IMG/VR virus record: IMGVR_UViG_3300031787_000011
DNA length: 64,000 bases
Reading direction: 5' to 3' (one strand)
Origin: a virus
Shown here: positions 46,901-55,871 of the stretch, piece by piece
Numbering within the stretch: the first letter of the stretch is position 1
Layout: each line of letters begins with the position of its first letter
Translations under genes and position numbers: made by a program
The notes under the pieces: model-generated
What the model saw: the letters and a program-made list of their open reading frames with translations, nothing else
Database searches by the model: none
What the model was told of the DNA's origin: nothing

Positions 46901-49900
46901 ATTATTGCCATTGGCGCCGAAATTATAAACTCCTAGATCTACATTTCTTTGGCTAACATCTGGTATAACATATGAAAAACTATTAATCCCAGAAGGCTCT
47001 GATCTTAAGAATGTCAGTTTGTTGTTTCTATCTTTCTGATATATATTGTAATAACCACATCCAGCAACCTCATTCCAATCTACCTTAATCGGCAAAAAGT
47101 TTGTTTTTTTGATTACATTCGCTGAGTCAGAAGAAACTACTAATTTTTCTTGCTTAAAAATCCTAAATTCGTAATTCGCATCGTCTAAGAAAAGTGGCAA
47201 ATTAGTCTTGAAGGCCACCATTGATAAATAATTTGGCGTCTCTAAGTCCTCTGCTGAAAAATAATAAGGAGATATCGCCGAATATTCCGCTGAAATAATA
47301 TCTTTCGATAACCCAACGTCTTTCGACATCGTTGTCCACCCAGTAGAAGCCCCAGGGCCAGAAGATCCAGACGATCCAGAAGATCCAGCAGGTGCAGTTT
47401 TTAACTTGTATTGCAAATCATACTCCCATCCATAATTAAAATTTATGGAATATGGAGATCCAGCATCGCCTATTAAAACTAAGTCCTTAGTATAAAAGTT
47501 ATATTTTACTTTAGTTATCTGAAGCCTTCTTGTGTTCCTGAAACGGCCTTTTCCATCTAATACTTCTGTTGATGGCTTTAACTTCACAATCGAGCCATTA
47601 TCTAGAGTTTCTAAGACATAATTTGATTCGTATTTTTTAGAAGTTTCGTTTTCTTCTTTTATGTAAATATGATTTTCGAACAACCCATCGCTTAAAGCAT
47701 TTATAGAAGATGTTGTGATTGGCTTACCCTCATAGTTTTTAGAGGTATAAGAGCCATTTGGGAAAAAGAATAATGTCGAAAGAAGTTCTTTTGTTTCTTC
47801 TTTATCGTCTTGAAAAAATCTAGGTTCAGAGAAATTAGAAGAATCTCTTGAGCCATAGATATTATTATTTATTGGATTTTGATTAAAAAGTGTCCATTGA
47901 TGATTTTCTAAATTTGCTACTACTTTATAATTATATGTTTGTATATTAATTCTAACTTTGGAAGGATCTAAAAGTGAACCAGAGTTATTTGCTATTGTGG
48001 TATTAATATATGATTTTGTTATCTTTGCATCGCCTTCATTTTCTTCTTGTTGAAAAACTGAATTTGTTAGTCCTTGTTTTATAAACTTCAAAACCACCAA
48101 ATTTGAGAAAGACGCAGAAGTGGCAGATTCGCCATTTTGCACATTGCTCTTTACAAAAGACAGCGGAGCAGAAGAACTATTATATCCATATAAATGATAA
48201 GAATAAGATTTTGTATCTTGGTTCGATATTGTTATATTTGATGGAGGGGTGGCAGCCGCAGACCAAGCTCTAAAATTCGAAGTGTCATCATAGCTAAAGC
48301 TGTTGCCAGTCACATATTCAATTCTGAACAATTTTTCCACTTCAATATCTTGGTCTTTGAACGATACTGCCCCGAAATTTTCGCCTGTCTGATAAGATAA
48401 ACTGGCGGCAGAATTTTCCAAAAATCTTCTAAAAGACACTTCTTCATTGTAATCTTGCGCTGGATAGTAGTAATTTTGTTTACTTATTGTAAAACTATTA
48501 GCTTCGTATGGCTCATATGTTTGAACGCAGTAGAGTTTTTCGACCTCTTCAGCCGCTAAATCTGCGTCTCCCGGCGTATAAACTCCGCTTAAAATAGCTT
48601 GGTTAAGCTCAAATGCTTCGTTTGCTTTGTAAGACTTGGTGTATATTTCTCTTTCTACAAACACCCTAGGAGCTTTCGCGGTATTAGAACTAAAAGAATT
48701 CACTCCATCTGCGATAGCCGGGCCGCCTATTCTCTCATTTACATCTCGCAAAGCTTGAGAAAACAAAGTATTATAACTATTTTCTGATAAAGAAGGATAA
48801 ACATTAAAAGATGCTACATAATTTTTAGTATAAAAATAATTAACTGCTTTAAGCCAAGACTCTTGATTTACGTAATTATTTTTTGTTATTACCCCATCGC
48901 TTTGTATTTGAGTAACTGAACCGTTTTGTATTTTCAAACCGTCTGAAGCATATCTATTGTTATCAAAAAGCGCTGTGTCTCCCTTGCAAAATCCGGTAGC
49001 GTCTATAAAATAACCATCACAAGTAGAGTTTACTACAGTTCTAAAAACAGGCTCTGAAGCAGTCGAATTTTTATCTTCATTAATATAATAAGCTAAAACC
49101 CCGAACTGATCTCCGCAAGACACAAAAGTAGGGCTTAATCCATAGTTTGACAGAGGAGTAACTATGTAGCTTTCTCCGGTATTTAGATAATTTGAATAGA
49201 AGTCTCTAGTTATTATTTTTTTAGGAAGAGGAAAATTCGGCAAAGCTGTTTTATAAACAGGCATTTCATTATTTGCTTCCGTTAGCAAGTCTTGATCATT
49301 TTGGTCTATTTCAGCTCTGGTTTCCCAAGCCTCAGTATTTTCTGCCCTAGAATCCTCTTCTCCAAAATCATCGTTATAAGCTTTAGCTAAAGCATCAAAA
49401 TTATCCTGTATTGTTTTAGCCAATTGACTTTGGTCTTCTTCGTCTCCTGCTTCTGGAATTTGTATATCTTGAGCGTATTTTTCTGATTCATTTAATTGCT
49501 CTACGTCAATTAAATCTTGTACATTTTCGTATCCAAATGGCTCTCCGTCTTCGCTTATTCTTGGATAAACTGCGCCACCTGCATTCAGTGATATATTAAC
49601 AGCACCAGCTCCTAGATTATAACTTGACATGACATACCCAGAAACCGCTGGTTTTTCTCTTGTGTTATATCTTTCTACTTGAACATCTAGCTTATAAATT
49701 TCTTCGGTGTCTCCAGTAGTTAAAAGAATAAACTTAAACAAGTTATCGCTTTTGCTTAATTTGAATCCAGTGAAGAATGAGTCGTTCTTGATTTCTCTTG
49801 TTTTTATTTTGTCTGTATCTAATATATTTTGAAACTCTTCTTTAGTGAAAGAAATTTCTGTCACAGGTTCAAATGCATAACTTATTTGGCCATCTATTAC

Positions 49901-50683
49901 TCCAGAGACCTCTTCCTTGTATTTAGAGTAGTCTATTATAGCCTTGCCATCTGCCGTTAAATCTGCATAATCATAAATACCAAGTGGCTCGCTTGCTCTA
50001 GAAATTCTATACTTTAAAGAAGTTTGGTTCTCTAACTGGAACGGTATTTCAAAAATTGAATTATCCTGCGGTAAAGAATATCCACTATCATTATATAAAA
50101 ATTTGTATCTAGTTGTTACTTCATTTCTATAGCCCACATATCCAGAATCAATATATGAATAAGTGGCATCAGTATTATTAGTGTATAGTGAAATATTAGT
50201 GTTAGCCCAGTCTTCGCCAGAAACAGTTAGGATATCATTATTTGTAGATTGAGATTTTGTTAATCCTGAGATTTCATATCTTCTGTATAATTTACCAGAA
50301 AAATCCATGTCTGGCATAATTACGCTTGGGTTAGCTCCAGAAATAAATCTATCTGTTATTTCGAAATCTTTGATATAATTATAACCATCTATACCTAATA
50401 ATCCTTCTGTTATAAAAAATCTTGCTTTTGGAGCCTCTCCTTCAAAATTTATAATAGAAAACTTTTTGCCCGTAATGGCAAATTTGGATGCAACAATATC
50501 TTCCACCAACGGTCTTGGAATAGAATATCCATTAGAGCTATGATTTGGATTTTCAAAAAATGAAACCCAAAGACCATAAGTATATTTAGTAAAATCTGGG
50601 ATTAAATTAGGGCCTAGCCCAGATAATACCGTAGTAATAAAATTTTTATTGTCTGTTTCTGCGCTCATGTTATTGTCTTCCAA
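40997..50683 (-). CDS. Giant (3228 aa) putative tail fibre / virion protein
   Basis: Uninterrupted 9.7-kb ORF; recurring LP...G..(F/I)..N fibre-type units in the C-terminal half; Fn3-like W...GCGYYNIY segment. Confidence 0.6.
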   Translation of the reverse strand: MEDNNMSAETDNKNFITTVLSGLGPNLIPDFTKYTYGLWVSFFENPNHSSNGYSIPRPLVEDIVASKFAITGKKFSIINFEGEAPKARFFITEGLLGIDGYNYIKDFEITDRFISGANPSVIMPDMDFSGKLYRRYEISGLTKSQSTNNDILTVSGEDWANTNISLYTNNTDATYSYIDSGYVGYRNEVTTRYKFLYNDSGYSLPQDNSIFEIPFQLENQTSLKYRISRASEPLGIYDYADLTADGKAIIDYSKYKEEVSGVIDGQISYAFEPVTEISFTKEEFQNILDTDKIKTREIKNDSFFTGFKLSKSDNLFKFILLTTGDTEEIYKLDVQVERYNTREKPAVSGYVMSSYNLGAGAVNISLNAGGAVYPRISEDGEPFGYENVQDLIDVEQLNESEKYAQDIQIPEAGDEEDQSQLAKTIQDNFDALAKAYNDDFGEEDSRAENTEAWETRAEIDQNDQDLLTEANNEMPVYKTALPNFPLPKKIITRDFYSNYLNTGESYIVTPLSNYGLSPTFVSCGDQFGVLAYYINEDKNSTASEPVFRTVVNSTCDGYFIDATGFCKGDTALFDNNRYASDGLKIQNGSVTQIQSDGVITKNNYVNQESWLKAVNYFYTKNYVASFNVYPSLSENSYNTLFSQALRDVNERIGGPAIADGVNSFSSNTAKAPRVFVEREIYTKSYKANEAFELNQAILSGVYTPGDADLAAEEVEKLYCVQTYEPYEANSFTISKQNYYYPAQDYNEEVSFRRFLENSAASLSYQTGENFGAVSFKDQDIEVEKLFRIEYVTGNSFSYDDTSNFRAWSAAATPPSNITISNQDTKSYSYHLYGYNSSSAPLSFVKSNVQNGESATSASFSNLVVLKFIKQGLTNSVFQQEENEGDAKITKSYINTTIANNSGSLLDPSKVRINIQTYNYKVVANLENHQWTLFNQNPINNNIYGSRDSSNFSEPRFFQDDKEETKELLSTLFFFPNGSYTSKNYEGKPITTSSINALSDGLFENHIYIKEENETSKKYESNYVLETLDNGSIVKLKPSTEVLDGKGRFRNTRRLQITKVKYNFYTKDLVLIGDAGSPYSINFNYGWEYDLQYKLKTAPAGSSGSSGSSGPGASTGWTTMSKDVGLSKDIISAEYSAISPYYFSAEDLETPNYLSMVAFKTNLPLFLDDANYEFRIFKQEKLVVSSDSANVIKKTNFLPIKVDWNEVAGCGYYNIYQKDRNNKLTFLRSEPSGINSFSYVIPDVSQRNVDLGVYNFGANGNNYYDIVISGIKSSVVKKKETLASEYGFEVGDSNSQQNTVTKFENVASYTPVSVSSPTYSQLLDFNNPESKISGFKINQDYNEYYFVTDKADASLENIPSSFESYVLNTGNVSCFVGGSSVNTNQYAKISNNGVITVANAASLPSSSFDLLDAEQDDDILYLSANVTVLNSSSIASKTLTLVNDSNSSINVTFGSTVSISANQTKKLLFSDDGVTKSIQTQSTYSNVTMQDSKIYHPKEGFINFNHTTGEFSSADSFANLPIYNFSKDPLIVNGVNLPADSFHYVNWNGSTLSKFQKNYFDVIKIYLKATETEEDSTKLLKDDTDIIISQFTTTINTTREYFFLKDESINRALNIRIINGSSIEVVPRQNQDFKLTVTRQANSVLTYSIIYPSPSPLFDISNSTEQLILLKGDLVNYVDLKTLDTGLKKGSFVYFVNKNSTSVFFYRNTQENIVYTLAENQIARAMLVTVGSTQVVRLDILNETLSHFYFDIDNSLIPSSINILDLNFCGTQINLPPASGLQNKEVFLICRNRFLPNKINKESVKDSDNIISTENNPLTSEINEIGDLAQNSICLRVTGSSSDALPILQRTSFLSRNINDTIIDLEDNVIDRYHEDYFYIRNSQIDTFTIKDSYNRKYKYKGKIFLPTLEQSIGVQSFDSVDGNNLYRIKEVNSIDFDYAPDGYVNGRLQVSKPSAPDARIFSYESENGSTAKNFPNALATDQILINFAYDTVTVSVDSVTKTLKKNRLVKNSGANYIYPIYNNKEFFIAQVNSERTNTRKSGGTTFYYIIEADKADVDSIILPDISATISFVIKNVSGRPYEIKTLSGVLVHTLLPSSGNNQKLFTYTGASYTVTTDTTDFSDSNIFGEVENVSYLPTSIALSNQAFDLEAEHPLASLWAAGFSKIDLIQDAFIDIDGNTIKLDIDYSVFDVYSSVSVSTSKIIYCYGRKAIDITQLGDKKYIVNDFYLFASYDGTKIKKEQFYLTDRVSDEFNAGAYNLKVIDTNHTDLTKFFKSQNAINGLPNVILIPITKYSSKFYLPNLDISIGGSTLASLLSGKKILFINLVKSDSSAPNSIYNYSTAITSNLLDINSIALYSVSGSAWVKETSSLPQVKKVFATARNLKGISGLSTTEIVGGNEFLYLPNFNRFNITIDSFSDKSFRDFYVFNPCKYRMYIGSNNSLLGNGALTRITRDPSQNLFTGLTLDLNASSAFSVTTLNYAEGRAPENLTQTINELYPNLKFGARIKVIQNIGNSKYIYLFRYNSKNIAYEVNIKDREFGVLDIADLKSYAANDKLFVYGSSQVNSSGNFFDSYSLKLLNAGSLGTTERFYIYNNTPYYLSIFFDSNTETYCSVPPKCFVEITDTGVNFLASYEKGIYYISKKNSSTNYLLKTDLKFFLNGIYDYVSFAGEKESDKDNKNIIITPLIKDETYASSYYYADQAIIETVVNNFRGIYITNLASMNLTNNTQSYNLLKPVYRITTAGHYLLTDNNNDLTVTAPSYGQQIFLINNCPRDIFVNILSDENRRRKVYRNSVMIVEAGPTSGVVSRYLKKAKARDEFYCIFNPNTAISTQREITLNLGIIRNEELLPILDDNQVEQKSYVKLLSKDGTSTTINLALRNYYNGKDIPTDSPSNVVGYEVGIGHETIYRFLFFDAYQSTYTLPGIQNGIKYQVSISQSFFDNINIPTDTAFTNTTELPYLKYKGKFYSDGETFIGEDVTTYEIKYPNFVRLYKVVEDIDRPFNKAEEKGEEGGADPSITEEEEVAVDQLELFKAQIRNAYKSTANSIIAWIPRDQSAFWLNSDYVDDWWTIGAVDNSQTITINLEGTNKTITFKRCEIKKTGLRSPIFNYNYSFFSALSPVRQMPDNRQLTIGLDANLEPKQIDNIKRLLGQSQTADNTLLPQSEMEIGGFYIENLFPENTEDANYNIINNSDIEVNITISKIKSAPDIKFDDFSKSSVIKIINKK

Positions 50684-53600
50684 CCATATTCGGACTTATT
50701 GGTACTGATTGATCGCCAGAATTATCATAAGAGTCTCTCATTAGGTCTTCAAATAAATAATCTCCTATGGCAGAGTCGTAGCCTCCTGGAGTTGTTATTC
50801 CGCTTAAACCTGCCCTAATAATAGCTTCTACTTGTCCCGGACTCATTTCAGAACCTTTATTCACAAAACCATTACACATTGCTCTTAAATAATATTCCAT
50901 TTGTATATAATGGTCGGAATACATTACTGTGTTTTTATCGACCTTGGGAATAAGTTTTACGAAATAAAATCTTGGATAACAACATCCAAATGGTCTTTGT
51001 TTTTGCCAGAAGTTGCCATTATCCATTGAAACGTCTCCATTCACACCTCTTGGGCATTGAATGCCAGCCATAGTATGGCAAAGATAATTTATTAATGCAT
51101 TTTCATCTGTTCTATAAGAATCAACATTAGTTGCCGCGAATTTAATAAACTCTTGTATTTTACTACTTATTCTTCCTTTTGGAGTCCCATCTCCAGTATT
51201 TTGTAGCCTATTTTCTATTATTACTTTAATAATATCTGATTTTGGATCGTATGGGTTTAGTCTAACTATTGACTTTATTTTATATGGAGGCCTATAAATA
51301 GGACAACTAGCAGCGAAGTTTGCTGGATGATTTAAATTTCCGCGCCAATCTCCATATTGAGGTTTTGTATTTGCGCTTTCTATATAATTATATCCAGACG
51401 GAGCTTCTACAATCAAAGGCAAATCGTTCGGCCTAGAAGACACATTAGCCAAAGCTTGCTTCACATTCCTTGATGTGCCTCTGAATGGCTCAAGAGACTG
51501 GCTAGCCGTTAAGCATCTCGCATTTAAAGCTCCCATTATGTCTCCATACATTGAAGGCTTCCAATAAGAGCTATTAGACCAATGGTATAAATTATAAGTC
51601 ATGAACATGGTCCATTCGTTGCTTATATTACCAGATGGTTTTTGTTTTATTCCATCTATAATGATTTCTCCTTTATCTATTCCTTTAATTAAAGAGTCTG
51701 GGGTTATTCCATCCAACTCAAAAACTCCGATTGTGCCCGTAGAATACTCTGAAACAAAATAATAATCTCCACCTTTGAATGTCGCGCCATGCTTTAATAT
51801 TTTCTTTTTATTATTATCTATATATATAACATGAGAATTCGTCCCCCTTAGTGAGGGCTCTAACTCTATCACAATGTAATCCTTGCCTTTGACTATTGGA
51901 ATAAATGTTTCTGTTTTTGCCCCTCTTATTGATCTGTTGCCTACTTCAGTAACAGATGGCCCCATATTTCTGAAGATATCTACGCCAGTATTTTTCATAC
52001 CCATTGCGTATCTATTAAAATATAAAACAGAATCACCGTCTTCATTTACTTCATAATCCATTAAAGCTGTTCTATCAGCCATTCTTACATTACTAGTTAT
52101 GAATTTTCTAGCAGATTCATATACTGGATTAGCACTGACATAAGCATCATTTTGATAAAGAGTTTTCTTTCTAAAGTTATATGCTACTCCATATCTAATA
52201 TAATTTGTAAATACTGTTTTAGCGGTGTCTGCATTAAAATGCCCTACAGGATCCATTTGCCCGGCATCTGTTCCTGCGCCTTCTGTGGTCGCTACTCTCA
52301 TCATTACATAAGCGTCAGCGGCACTTGGCTTCATTTCTAAAACGTGAGCAAATTGTATCGTTATGGCAAAGTTATTTTTTGTAACTGTTTGGGTTACGAT
52401 TTTTTTGCCTAAATTTATATAGCCAAAATTATTATAAGAAGGATTAGCGACTCCACTTGACCCTCTTATTTTAAAAGAAACACTCCCCTTGACTGGATAA
52501 ACAAAATAGTGTATTTTATTAAACTGATAAACTTTATAAGTGCTGACAGAGTTTAAGGAAAGATCATTAACTACTCCAGTTCTATTATTTAAAATATACT
52601 TATCACCAGAATTCAAAGGCACAGATTCATAAATTTCATTATTAACATAAATATCAATAAACATCCCAGATAACAAGGATTCCCCATTCTCCGAAATGCC
52701 ACAAGCTATGTCAGAAGTTTGTATAAATATTGCCGATAAACAAAATCTATTATTAGATCCAGTAGGATTAGTATTAAAAGCTCTTAATTCTTTGCCAGTC
52801 TCATCTTGGCCTTTAAATAAAAATGCATCGCCAGCATTTGTTGGTAAAAAATAATCATTTGTCGCCGTATTTTTAACAGCCGAATCGAATGAAATATTCC
52901 AGAGAAAGCTTCCTGGCCCTTCTGGGAAAAGTTCAGGATAGCCAAAAGAGTCGTATTTTATTTTTTTATTTCCCAAGCTATCTATCTTTATTTTACCCGA
53001 AGAATCTAGCTCATATTTTGGTCTAGAATAATTTGGGGCTAAAAGAAATTGTCTTGAGAAAAACTTTTCAAAATCAAAGCCGTGAGTCGTTACATTTCTT
53101 CCTTTTATAGAGTGCCTAGCCCTTTGGTCTTCTGTACCCCTAAAAAAACTTAAATAATAAAAGATAGCCTGCTCTATTTGGTCTTTAGAAGCGTTCTTTT
53201 TTCTAAATATACCGCCTTTTCCTTCTGGATCTGGAACATAACTAGGAGCATATCTTCCAGTAGATATAGCTTCTGTCACGTATCTTAAATGCCTTCTAGC
53301 GGCAGAGCATATACCCAAAGAAGCAAGTTGTAGTTCTTTGGTTGATGGCTGTAAAGCATTTCTAGGTAAATATTTGTAGTTTTGTTCAAACGCTAAACAA
53401 CCTCTTTGTATTTCTGAATCGCTCCATACAATATTTAAATTTGGATCTCCGCTTGTCTTTGTCGGCATTTTATCTGGCAACGCCAATTCCAAGCCACTTA
53501 ATCTAATCGGTTCAGACCAATATCCATGGACTCCATCTCTTGTGTCGTCTTTTGTTCCATTGGCTTGAGTTACTCTTGATGCCTTGCCGAATATCCAAGC

Positions 53601-53912
53601 CATAAATGGATTTGCTACATTGGCTCCTTGAGCTTCTCCAGCCTGAGCTTCGGGCCAACCAAACTTTCCATAAGTCATCTTTGGCTCTAAATTAGCATAA
53701 AATTTAAACCACTCATCTTGAGCCGGAAATTGACTATCTTGAGGATTTCTTATTCCTCTAAACATTGAAAATGCGTAATAAAAAATTCTCCAAGAACAAT
53801 CCCCTAACCCAGATAAAATTTTCTCATTAAATGCGTCCGCCAACAGATTATGATGCTCGTAATCAGTTGATTGATTAATTTTTACTTTCTTAGCTAGTGG
53901 AAGAGATGGCAT
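50670..53912 (-). CDS. Large virion structural protein
   Basis: About 1080 aa; probable start ATG 53912 (MPSLPL), just after the upstream stop. Confidence 0.55.
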   Translation of the reverse strand: MPSLPLAKKVKINQSTDYEHHNLLADAFNEKILSGLGDCSWRIFYYAFSMFRGIRNPQDSQFPAQDEWFKFYANLEPKMTYGKFGWPEAQAGEAQGANVANPFMAWIFGKASRVTQANGTKDDTRDGVHGYWSEPIRLSGLELALPDKMPTKTSGDPNLNIVWSDSEIQRGCLAFEQNYKYLPRNALQPSTKELQLASLGICSAARRHLRYVTEAISTGRYAPSYVPDPEGKGGIFRKKNASKDQIEQAIFYYLSFFRGTEDQRARHSIKGRNVTTHGFDFEKFFSRQFLLAPNYSRPKYELDSSGKIKIDSLGNKKIKYDSFGYPELFPEGPGSFLWNISFDSAVKNTATNDYFLPTNAGDAFLFKGQDETGKELRAFNTNPTGSNNRFCLSAIFIQTSDIACGISENGESLLSGMFIDIYVNNEIYESVPLNSGDKYILNNRTGVVNDLSLNSVSTYKVYQFNKIHYFVYPVKGSVSFKIRGSSGVANPSYNNFGYINLGKKIVTQTVTKNNFAITIQFAHVLEMKPSAADAYVMMRVATTEGAGTDAGQMDPVGHFNADTAKTVFTNYIRYGVAYNFRKKTLYQNDAYVSANPVYESARKFITSNVRMADRTALMDYEVNEDGDSVLYFNRYAMGMKNTGVDIFRNMGPSVTEVGNRSIRGAKTETFIPIVKGKDYIVIELEPSLRGTNSHVIYIDNNKKKILKHGATFKGGDYYFVSEYSTGTIGVFELDGITPDSLIKGIDKGEIIIDGIKQKPSGNISNEWTMFMTYNLYHWSNSSYWKPSMYGDIMGALNARCLTASQSLEPFRGTSRNVKQALANVSSRPNDLPLIVEAPSGYNYIESANTKPQYGDWRGNLNHPANFAASCPIYRPPYKIKSIVRLNPYDPKSDIIKVIIENRLQNTGDGTPKGRISSKIQEFIKFAATNVDSYRTDENALINYLCHTMAGIQCPRGVNGDVSMDNGNFWQKQRPFGCCYPRFYFVKLIPKVDKNTVMYSDHYIQMEYYLRAMCNGFVNKGSEMSPGQVEAIIRAGLSGITTPGGYDSAIGDYLFEDLMRDSYDNSGDQSVPISPNMVGRQ

Positions 53913-53914
53913 AA

Positions 53915-54484
53915 TTAACTCCAAACTCCAATTCCGCCTCCTCCGCCTCCGGATTGGGATTTCAAAGTTCTTGCGCTTATATTAGTATCTCTGTAAGATA
54001 GATATTTTTTGCCTGCTCCATTTTTTGTTTTAAGTGGTCCTTGGCTTTGTTGGACTGGAGAATTATTTATATATGGAGATTGCGGTATTTTGACTTGCGA
54101 TATTTTTTCGAAAGAAACAGAAGCGACTAGCTGTTCTCCATACTCATAATTTTTTGAAAGATTGCCTTTCTGCCCAATAAAAGTAGATGGCATAGCTACC
54201 TTGGTAAAAGTTAATGTTTTTATGAAATTCCTATCGCTTGCTTGTATTGTAGGTCCAAAAAAATTAACTAAATTGACTGGAACATTTAGGCATAAAATAT
54301 ATCCCTTATTATAGTTTATAAAATCCTCTTCAAATAACGCAGCGGCTTCTGGCCCCATTTGTGTCGTAACAAAAGCCCTTAAAGTCGCGCTAACTTTTAA
54401 ACCTACCGTAGTGTTTTTATCTGATCCGTTCCAAGACACTATGTAGGGATAAGCCTCTTTTGCAGCTATTGTTGATCTTCTCAT
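53915..54484 (-). CDS. Hypothetical virion protein
   Basis: 189 aa ending in a Gly run GGGGGGIGVWS. Confidence 0.55.
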   Translation of the reverse strand: MRRSTIAAKEAYPYIVSWNGSDKNTTVGLKVSATLRAFVTTQMGPEAAALFEEDFINYNKGYILCLNVPVNLVNFFGPTIQASDRNFIKTLTFTKVAMPSTFIGQKGNLSKNYEYGEQLVASVSFEKISQVKIPQSPYINNSPVQQSQGPLKTKNGAGKKYLSYRDTNISARTLKSQSGGGGGGIGVWS

Positions 54485-54485
54485 T

Positions 54486-55871
54486 TTATTTTACTCCTGT
54501 TATATATCTTTCTATTATATTATTGTTTATTCCACTAAGAGTAAGTTTTGCGACTAGTGGATTTTCGTCAAATTGAGTGCTATAAATAACTTTAACATTT
54601 ATAGACGTATCTTCTGTTATGGCAACTCCAGTTTTGACATATCCAGCGGAGCCAGAAATAAAAGAACTATCTCTATAACTTATCAAATTATTTCCTATTC
54701 CAGTAAGTAAATCAAAAAATCCAGTCACACTCTTTGTGTAAAAAGAAGTCTGCGCCGTTCCAGAAGCTATGCTTGGATTTGTATTATTTAATATTCCAGT
54801 GCCCCCAGAAAAGATTACTGTTGGTGCGGATGTATATCCAGAACCAAAATTGGTCATAGTTATATCTACTACAGAATCATATGTTGTGCTGTCTATTCCA
54901 AGAACCGCCACTCCAGAGGCCGATCCCGATGCCCCGCCCCCGCTAAATATCACAGTCGGTGCAGACAAATATCCATTGCCTCCACTAGCTACATTTACAT
55001 CGGTTACCATTCCCATGTAACCAGTAGCTCCAGAAAAATAAGTCAAAGAAATACTTATCGGCAAACTAGCAGGCACCAGCTCTTCTCTGTTAGTAGAGTA
55101 TCCATAATCTAATACTAAAGATCCTACTTTAGAAACTCCACTTTCAAATGTTGCTTCTGATATAGAACTTAAAGAATCAGACCCTTCTTGAATATTAAAA
55201 ACATACTCTAAGAATGGAACATCAACCCCCGTAACAGTCAACTGACTTGTATAATCTCCAGCGCTTGTATTTAAAGTATAATTTGAAATAAGTTCTCCAA
55301 GACCAGGATAGTTTTGTTGTATTAATATTTGCTGACTGCTAGAAGATTTAACTAATCCCGTAGGAATATTTTGAAATGAAAACGAAGATTGAGAATCAAA
55401 ATCTCCTGAGAAAACTTTGATTCCGCTTAGCGAATTTGTCGTTAGCGTGCCTGTTATATAATTTCCAGTTATAAATGTTTGAGGCGTCGTTAAAGAGAGC
55501 GTTGGTTTTTCTGAGCTAATACTTATAGAAGAATCTAACGTGCAACCAGTTAAATTAATAAAAAATCTCTCAGCGTAAAAATTTTCTTTTAGCCCAGATC
55601 TTACTATTTGATCTCCATTTATAGCGTAGTCGTAAGCTGTCCCTGAAAAATTTGTAGTAATATTAACTTGATTATCTGGGATATAAGAGCCGCAGTATCG
55701 ATTTTCATTATCAACAATTTTACCACTTATAAAAGAGATTTTGTAAGTTTTACTTTGGCCGCTAAAACCTATGTCGCAAACGCCCGTGCAATTATCGAAA
55801 GAAAGACCAAATTCTGCTGAAAAGCGGTTCTCTCTTAAAACACTTCTGAATGTATTGCCGGAGATTATCAT
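54486..55871 (-). CDS. Tail/baseplate-type protein with G-x-GY-x-SAPTVIFSGG repeats
   Basis: Two copies: GGNGYLSAPTVIFSGGG and FGSGYTSAPTVIFSGGT. Confidence 0.65.
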   Translation of the reverse strand: MIISGNTFRSVLRENRFSAEFGLSFDNCTGVCDIGFSGQSKTYKISFISGKIVDNENRYCGSYIPDNQVNITTNFSGTAYDYAINGDQIVRSGLKENFYAERFFINLTGCTLDSSISISSEKPTLSLTTPQTFITGNYITGTLTTNSLSGIKVFSGDFDSQSSFSFQNIPTGLVKSSSSQQILIQQNYPGLGELISNYTLNTSAGDYTSQLTVTGVDVPFLEYVFNIQEGSDSLSSISEATFESGVSKVGSLVLDYGYSTNREELVPASLPISISLTYFSGATGYMGMVTDVNVASGGNGYLSAPTVIFSGGGASGSASGVAVLGIDSTTYDSVVDITMTNFGSGYTSAPTVIFSGGTGILNNTNPSIASGTAQTSFYTKSVTGFFDLLTGIGNNLISYRDSSFISGSAGYVKTGVAITEDTSINVKVIYSTQFDENPLVAKLTLSGINNNIIERYITGVK